64,000 nt of DNA, taken from Chthonomonadaceae bacterium (GTDB lineage: Bacteria > Armatimonadota > Chthonomonadetes > Chthonomonadales > Chthonomonadaceae). The notes under the pieces are model-generated. The model saw only the letters and a list, made by a program, of their open reading frames with translations. It was not told where the DNA came from and searched no databases. Where the stretch lies: NCBI GenBank assembly GCA_035650735.1, contig DASRGZ010000096.1, forward strand, positions 87,526 to 151,525, in the 5' to 3' direction. A program made the translations under genes and the position numbers. Shown here piece by piece: positions 58,189 to 64,000 of the stretch; the first letter of the stretch is position 1; each line of letters starts with the position of its first letter.

Positions 58189-58446
58189 GGTGTCTGCTTT
58201 CCTCAGCAACGCAGGTGACCCCTTATTCAATGGAGGTTTGAGAGAGCGTTCGTCAGGGCTACCTCTGCGCGGTAAAGCAGGAAAAGGCGGCAGGAGAGCG
58301 GAATTCTATGTAGCCCGCAGGGCGCAACGGTCGCTCCCATGCTTACATTGCACGCCATAAACAGCGCATCCTGCTACCGTTCTCGCCTCCTCCGGCGTAA
58401 AATAGTATAAAGGTCAGTCCGCAATAAGAGGTACGCATCTCATCTT

Positions 58447-60090
58447 ATGGAAACGCATTGGGCTATTGATTTAGGGACCACCAACACGCTGGTCGCCAAG
58501 TGGGTGGGCACGCATGCGGTGACCGTGGCTCTGGAGGAGCTGGTCGAGTACGAGCCGGCCTGGCAGACGCCCCTGATCCCCTCGGCGATCTATTTTCAGG
58601 ATTCCGGGCGGGGTATCATCGGACGGCCCGCGCTGGCCGCCCGCGAGATCGTCCACGGCAGTGAGCTGGCCCCGCTGGGACCGGTGGCGCGCTCCTTCAA
58701 GAAGACGCTGGCCCGCGCCAGCCAGCAGGCCGTCGCGCAGGTTGGCTCGGATCAAATTTCGGCCCGCCAGTGCGCCACCATCTTTTTGCGCGAGCTGTTG
58801 AGCGCCACGGCGGACTACGAGCGTGAGCGCGCCACCCCGCACCGCTCGACACTGGAGCGCTTCATGCGCCTCCTGACCTGGTGGCGCAAGGAGGGACAGG
58901 TCACCGACCTGACGATGACCGTGCCGGTGGAAAGTTTTGAGCCCTACCGCGCCGAGCTCTCCCAGATCGCCAAGCGGCTGGGCGTGCCCAATTTCCGCAC
59001 GCTGGATGAGCCGGTGGCGGCGGCGCTGGGCTACGGCGTGGACCTGACCGACGAAAAGCATATCATGGTGGTGGACTTCGGCGGCGGCACGCTCGACCTG
59101 GCCATTGTGCGCACGCATCCGCCCGGCTCCGGCGGGCCGCGCGGCAGCCGGGCCGACCAGCACCGCGCCACGCTGTTGGCCGGACGCGGCCTCAACGTCG
59201 GCGGCGAGACGGTGGACGGCTGGATCGCGGACATGGGCTGCCAGAAGCTGAAGGCCCATCAAGATGCGCTGCGCCCGCATTTGCTGGCGCAGGCGGAGGC
59301 CATCAAGAAAGACCTGAGCAACAAAGCCTCGGTGGCCGATAGCAGCTACTTCCTCCTGCAAGGCGGCGGGCGCATCGAGATCACGCGGGCCGAATTTCTC
59401 CAGATGCTGGAGGAGCGCGGCCTGTATAAGACGCTGGAGACGCTGACCGAGGCCACGCTCGACGACTGTCGCCATGAGATCAGCGAGGCCCAGATTGACG
59501 CCGTGCTGCTGGTGGGCGGCTCAACGCTGCTGCCCAACGTGCGCGAGCTCTTCGAGCGCCTGTTCGGGCCGCAGCGGGTCCACTACTGGGAGCCGTTCGA
59601 GGCCGTCGTCAAGGGCGCCGCCGTCTTTGGCGCGGGCTACAGCGTGGATCAGATCATCCACCATGACTACGCCATCCGCGTCTACAACGATAGCCAGCAG
59701 CGCCCGGAATATGAGCGCCTGGTGCGGCGCGGCACCGGCTATCCCACGCCCAATCCCTTTGAGACCCGCTACTACGCCGTCACCGAAGGCCAGCAGCTCT
59801 TCCGGCTGCCTATCTGCGAGGTGGGCTATGCCGGGCGCGTTTCGCTGCCCTGGAACAAGCGTATGAACGGCAACGAGTACTGGATGCCCAGCGGCGCCGA
59901 GGAGAACGAGTGCGTCATCGTGCTCAACGAGGGCGATGCGCTGCGCCTGGCCCCGCCTGGCTCCGGTCCTCAGGCTCGCCTGCGGATTGACTTCAACATT
60001 GATGCCAACCGCTACCTGTGCGCCACCATCCACGACCTGCTGCGTCAGCGCGACCTGCGCACCGAGGAACGCGTCGTCCGCCTGCGCTAA
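58447..60090 (+). CDS. Atypical Hsp70 family protein
   Basis: IDLGTTNT, EPVAAALGY, DFGGGTLD, LVGGST; short divergent C-terminus. Confidence 0.88.
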   Translation: METHWAIDLGTTNTLVAKWVGTHAVTVALEELVEYEPAWQTPLIPSAIYFQDSGRGIIGRPALAAREIVHGSELAPLGPVARSFKKTLARASQQAVAQVGSDQISARQCATIFLRELLSATADYERERATPHRSTLERFMRLLTWWRKEGQVTDLTMTVPVESFEPYRAELSQIAKRLGVPNFRTLDEPVAAALGYGVDLTDEKHIMVVDFGGGTLDLAIVRTHPPGSGGPRGSRADQHRATLLAGRGLNVGGETVDGWIADMGCQKLKAHQDALRPHLLAQAEAIKKDLSNKASVADSSYFLLQGGGRIEITRAEFLQMLEERGLYKTLETLTEATLDDCRHEISEAQIDAVLLVGGSTLLPNVRELFERLFGPQRVHYWEPFEAVVKGAAVFGAGYSVDQIIHHDYAIRVYNDSQQRPEYERLVRRGTGYPTPNPFETRYYAVTEGQQLFRLPICEVGYAGRVSLPWNKRMNGNEYWMPSGAEENECVIVLNEGDALRLAPPGSGPQARLRIDFNIDANRYLCATIHDLLRQRDLRTEERVVRLR

Positions 60091-60164
60091 GAGACAGTAC
60101 GAACTCTCTGCGGGCGGTTGAAACCGCAGCAACAAAAGCACGAAGTGTCCCTACGGACACTGCC

Positions 60165-60322
60165 TTCACCCCCTTCCCCTCTCCCGGCGCTGCGGGAGAG
60201 GGGAGAGACCTCACCCCTATCGCACCAACTATAAGGGTTTCGCCAACCCAGCCCTCTCCCACGCTGCGGGAGAGGGGAGAGACCTCACCCCCGGCCCCTC
60301 TCCTTGAGAAGGAGAGGGGAGC
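60165..60322. repeat. REP-like cluster between convergent genes
   Basis: CCTCTCCCGGCGCTGCGGGAGAGG, CCTCTCCCACGCTGCGGGAGAGG, CCCCTCTCCTTGAGAAGGAGAGGGG. Confidence 0.85.
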
Positions 60323-60343
60323 AGCCTCCCTTTTTGCGCGAAA

Positions 60344-61906
60344 TTACGCCTTCAAACTCTTCTCCATCACCACCATCTCTAGGTGGGGCCGGAAGCCCAG
60401 TCTGGAGTACAGGTCTATCGTTTCCGCCTCATGCCGATGCATATACGCATCAAGGGTTTGGTAGCCGTGCTGGCGCGCATATTCGAGCGCCCGCAGGTGC
60501 AGGGCTTGCCCGATCGCTTCCTGCGGATACTCCCGACGCACGTTCCCGATCCCATAGTCCAGACGCTTCGCCCTGATTCCCTCCACGCGCCGCAGGTTGC
60601 AAACGCCGATGTAGCGGGCCTTATCCAGGGCGATGAAATAGGCTTCGGGCAGGATATGCGGCATCCGCAGCCGCTGCGCTACGTAGTCGAGCGTGTAGGG
60701 CTGTGGCGGCGTCGGCGGGGTCATCTCCTCGCGAATACCGTTCCAAAAATCGAGCAGCTTAGGCAGGTACTCCGGCTTGCGCTCGCGTTCCTCGGCCAGC
60801 GTCGAGAGGACGATTCCCTGCGCCGCTACTTGCTCTCCAGCGGGAATCAAGGCCGCCGTCTCCGCCTCGGACACCAGGAGGCGCAGATGAGAAATCCGGC
60901 ATAGTTCTGTAAAGCCGTGCTCTTGCAGGAAGGCCAGCAGATCGGCGTAGTCCCTGTACTCCCGAACCCACACGGTATCCGCCGGCAACTCCCGCAGGTC
61001 TTCCAGCAAGCGCGCCAGCAACTGGTCGCCGACGCCGCGCCGCAGCAGCTCCGGCTGGACCACCAGATGAAGTCGGAACGTTTCCGGCTGCGGCCCCTGC
61101 TCGATGGAGCCGTAGCCGAGCACGCGCCTGGTTTGCGCATCTTCCGCAACATAGTGCCGCCGCGCCGCCAGAGTCTCATCAAAACGTCGGCGGTTGCGCA
61201 GCCAGACCTCGATATCCGGGCAGTCCGGGTCCAGAGCATGAGCGAGGGCGGCGACGGCCTCCCAATCCGGCTCGGCAAGCGGGCGCAGCAGACCCTGCAC
61301 GCGCTCGGCAAACGTGGCATCCCGCGAGGGACGCTGTTCTTGCAGGTCCTCTTTCATCATGGCGAGCATCGCTCCTTTCAGCCGCTTCCGCGCCACGTAG
61401 AGCCGCTGCTTGACGGTCGTTACCGGCACTTCCAGGAAGGCGGCCAGGTCGTTGTACGCGTAGTCGCCGATATAGAAGAGGGTCGTCGCCAGCCGCTCGC
61501 CTTCCGGCAGCGCCCGAATGGCCTCGCGCACACGTTCCCGCAGCTCGCGCTTTTCGGCGGCAGCCTGTGGGTCCGGCCCGTCGGCGGGAACCGTGAAGGC
61601 GGCCTCCAGCGGCGCCAGGGACAGCCGCTTGCCGCGTGTCAGGCGGTGGCACTGCGTCAGCACGATGCGCCTGAACCAGCCGGGGAAGGCCGCCGGGTCA
61701 CAGAGCTTGCTCATCTCGCGCCAGGCCGTCAAGAAAGCCTCCTGCGCGGCGTCTTCCGCCAGGTGCGCGTCTCCCAGCACGGCATAAGCGCAGCCGTAGG
61801 CCATGTCTTGAAAGCGTGCGACGACCCCATCGAAGGCCGCGCGCCTTTCCGCCAGCGTGGCCTGCCGCGACCGTATTCTGGCTATTAGCCGCTCGATCTC
61901 TTCCAT
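60344..61906 (-). CDS. ECF sigma-70 factor fused to tandem GNAT domains
   Basis: AEDAAQEAF, FPGWF, TVKQRLYVARKRL; then RRGVGDQLL..HGF and YSRLGF. Confidence 0.85.
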   Translation of the reverse strand: MEEIERLIARIRSRQATLAERRAAFDGVVARFQDMAYGCAYAVLGDAHLAEDAAQEAFLTAWREMSKLCDPAAFPGWFRRIVLTQCHRLTRGKRLSLAPLEAAFTVPADGPDPQAAAEKRELRERVREAIRALPEGERLATTLFYIGDYAYNDLAAFLEVPVTTVKQRLYVARKRLKGAMLAMMKEDLQEQRPSRDATFAERVQGLLRPLAEPDWEAVAALAHALDPDCPDIEVWLRNRRRFDETLAARRHYVAEDAQTRRVLGYGSIEQGPQPETFRLHLVVQPELLRRGVGDQLLARLLEDLRELPADTVWVREYRDYADLLAFLQEHGFTELCRISHLRLLVSEAETAALIPAGEQVAAQGIVLSTLAEERERKPEYLPKLLDFWNGIREEMTPPTPPQPYTLDYVAQRLRMPHILPEAYFIALDKARYIGVCNLRRVEGIRAKRLDYGIGNVRREYPQEAIGQALHLRALEYARQHGYQTLDAYMHRHEAETIDLYSRLGFRPHLEMVVMEKSLKA

Positions 61907-62099
61907 AACAGTGCTCCACCCGGATGGTCTTCATGATAAGGAGCCATCTTGCCGTCTCAAAGTTATGACGGGCGGTAAGCCCAAATCTAAAAGGGATGAG
62001 ATAGGCGCATTCTATGTCAATGTTCCTGTCCGCCTTTCCCTATACCTGCCTCCGGCGCATAGGGTACAATCTAGTCAGCCGGTCTGAGGGTGAAAAGGC

Positions 62100-63599
62100 A
62101 TGGAGGCAGGACAAGATCAATCTGAGCGGATACGCGGCGCGTCACCGCGCGCTCTGAAAGCCGCAACCGAGATTCTGGCGCGCTGGGAAGCCGCGCGCGA
62201 GCGCAGCCCGCTGGATCGCGTCGTGGGCGGGGAGTTTCGCTCACGCCACTACCTCAACTCCAGCGAACGGCGCTGGGTTTCTGAGGCGATCTACGGCTGT
62301 GTGCGCTTCCTGCGGCGCCAGCGGCGCCTGCTGGAGATCCTGGGCCTGCCGGAAACCCCGGAGACGCTGGTCTCTGTCTGGGCCAGTGCGCCCGCCGCTG
62401 CGGACGGCCAGGCGCTCCCGCCCCTCTTTCCCTTCGGGAAGATACCGCCTCCCGCTTCGCCGGAGGCCCTACAGGCGGCGCTCGCCCGCCTGCCCGGTCC
62501 CGACTCGCCCCGCGACTTCCTGCGCGTCACTCTCTCTTTCCCCGACGCGATGGCCGCCGCCCTGGAGGAGCAGTTGGGCGAGGAGGCCGTCGCCGCCGCT
62601 CAGGCTTTCAATGCGCAGGCGCCCACGACCCTGCGCGTCAACACCCTGCGCGCGATCCGCCCGCAGGTGATGGATGCCCTGCCGGACGCTACGCCGACCC
62701 ACTATTCACCCTGGGGATTGGAGCTGCCGCGCCGCGTCAACATCTACGATTTGACCGGGTTCCGTGCGGGCTGGTACGAGGTGCAGGAGGAGGCGAGCCA
62801 ACTGGCCGCCCTGCTCACGGACGCCCAGCCCGGCCAGACGGTCGTGGAGGTGGGCGCGGGCGCGGGCGGCAAAACGCTGGCCCTGGCGGCGCTGATGCAA
62901 AACCAGGGCCGGATCGTTGCGCTGGATACGGCCGAGACGCGGCTGGAGGAATTGCAGAAGCGCGCGGAACGGACGGGCGTCGCCTGCGTGGAGCCGCGTC
63001 TCCTCGCCGCCGATGCGCAGGGCCACTGGCAGCTTTCCAACACGGCCCGGCGCAAGCTGCAACTGCTCTACAGGGAGGCGGAAAACGTCCTGCTGGATGC
63101 CCCCTGCACCGGCAGCGGCACCCTCCGCCGCAGCCCGGACTCCAAGTGGCGCGACCTGGACCTCCCTGCTTTTGCCCGGCTGCAGCAGATTATGCTCACG
63201 CAGGCGAGCGAATTCGTGGCGCAGGGCGGGCACCTTTTCTATACCGTATGCGCTTTTGAGCGCGCCCAGAACGAGGCAGTGGTGGAAGCCTTTCTGGCCT
63301 CGCCCGCAGGGGCCGCCTTTACGCTGGTGCCAGCAGTACCGCGCCTGGTCGCCGCCTGCCGCCGCGCGGCGCTGCTGGCTCCCAACGCGGCAGCGCGCGC
63401 CCGTCTGGCCGCTGGCCGGAACGCCGACTTGCGGCAGGGCGCAGCGGAAGGAGACACATCCCCGCCGGAGCAGGGCGCGGAAGCGCCTCTGGACGAGCAG
63501 GCGTTCGCGACGCTGGCGGCCGGCCCATTCCTGCACACTTGGCCGCACCGGCACGGAATGGATGCGTTTTTCATGGCCTGCCTGCGCCGGAACGAATAG
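62100..63599 (+). CDS. RsmB/NOP family SAM-dependent RNA m5C methyltransferase
   Basis: LRVN, VQEEASQL, AGAGGKT, DAPCTGSG, YTVC, DAFF. Confidence 0.9.
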   Translation: MEAGQDQSERIRGASPRALKAATEILARWEAARERSPLDRVVGGEFRSRHYLNSSERRWVSEAIYGCVRFLRRQRRLLEILGLPETPETLVSVWASAPAAADGQALPPLFPFGKIPPPASPEALQAALARLPGPDSPRDFLRVTLSFPDAMAAALEEQLGEEAVAAAQAFNAQAPTTLRVNTLRAIRPQVMDALPDATPTHYSPWGLELPRRVNIYDLTGFRAGWYEVQEEASQLAALLTDAQPGQTVVEVGAGAGGKTLALAALMQNQGRIVALDTAETRLEELQKRAERTGVACVEPRLLAADAQGHWQLSNTARRKLQLLYREAENVLLDAPCTGSGTLRRSPDSKWRDLDLPAFARLQQIMLTQASEFVAQGGHLFYTVCAFERAQNEAVVEAFLASPAGAAFTLVPAVPRLVAACRRAALLAPNAAARARLAAGRNADLRQGAAEGDTSPPEQGAEAPLDEQAFATLAAGPFLHTWPHRHGMDAFFMACLRRNE

Positions 63600-63663
63600 C
63601 AATAAATCCGGCGTAAGGAAAAGGAGTGGCGCCTGCCACTGTGGAACATTGCAGGTAATCCGA

Positions 63664-63767
63664 AAGGATAAGGCGGAAGGATGAAACGGGCAGAGGCTCT
63701 TCCTCCTCCACCGGATGAATGGAACAAAGTTTTTTCTTCATCCTTCCGCCTTCATCCTTCATCCTTT
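63664..63767. repeat. TTCATCC/GGATGAA heptamer inverted repeat
   Basis: AAGGCGGAAGGATGAA pairs with TTCATCCTTCCGCCTT; extra TTCATCC tandem copies. Confidence 0.7.
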
Positions 63768-63796
63768 CGAGAGGCTGTCTTGTCAGTCAATTTGCC

Positions 63797-64000
63797 ATGA
63801 TGGAAAGCTATCCAAGCGAGCAGGCGGCGCGCTGCGTCGCCGAGGGCCTTCGACTGCACGCGAGCGGCGCGCTGTCGGACGCAATCACCTCCCTGCGCCG
63901 CGCCGTGCTGCTCTATGCGGCCGACGACGAGGCGCAGACGGGGCCGGAGAGAACCCCACAGGAACGCTGCGCCTACCGCCGTGCCCGCGCCGATGCCTGC
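63797..64000 (+). CDS. Hypothetical helical (TPR-like) protein, runs off window end
   Basis: Open frame MMESYPSEQAARCVAEGLRLHASGALSDAITSLRRAVLLY... Confidence 0.5.
   Translation, partial: MMESYPSEQAARCVAEGLRLHASGALSDAITSLRRAVLLYAADDEAQTGPERTPQERCAYRRARADAC

Overview
GC-rich bacterial chromosomal window with about 50 genes; no rRNA, tRNA or CRISPR array seen. PEP-CTERM genes and an H-X9-DG fragment hint at Armatimonadota or a similar lineage (inference only). Left to right: a minus-strand block with a selenocysteine formate dehydrogenase (in-frame TGA plus SECIS), its Fe-S subunit, an NrfD anchor, an M48 protease, VKOR-SPW, DUF362, an NAD-epimerase, a GH1-like gene and a Ca/H exchanger; a four-carbon sugar-acid cluster (DUF1537 kinase, PdxA2, LarA-like); assorted metabolic and stress genes, rpiA, ppk1; a decaying accessory zone (35.7-43 kb) with pseudogenes, an IS982-like MITE and an attC-like remnant; larE/larB; an RHS locus; housekeeping genes. 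Two candidates for something undescribed: (1) an exported C39 peptidase encoded directly upstream of a signal-peptide RHS protein that carries a consensus double-glycine-type leader (IRTLTPDEMRAIVGA), a hydrophobic bacteriocin-like tip, and tandemly duplicated tip/immunity modules; (2) a nested intergenic repeat of form A(n)-loop-B(n), n=1-3, in five copies, several interrupting REP-like hairpins. All calls come from reading motifs by eye; no searches were run.
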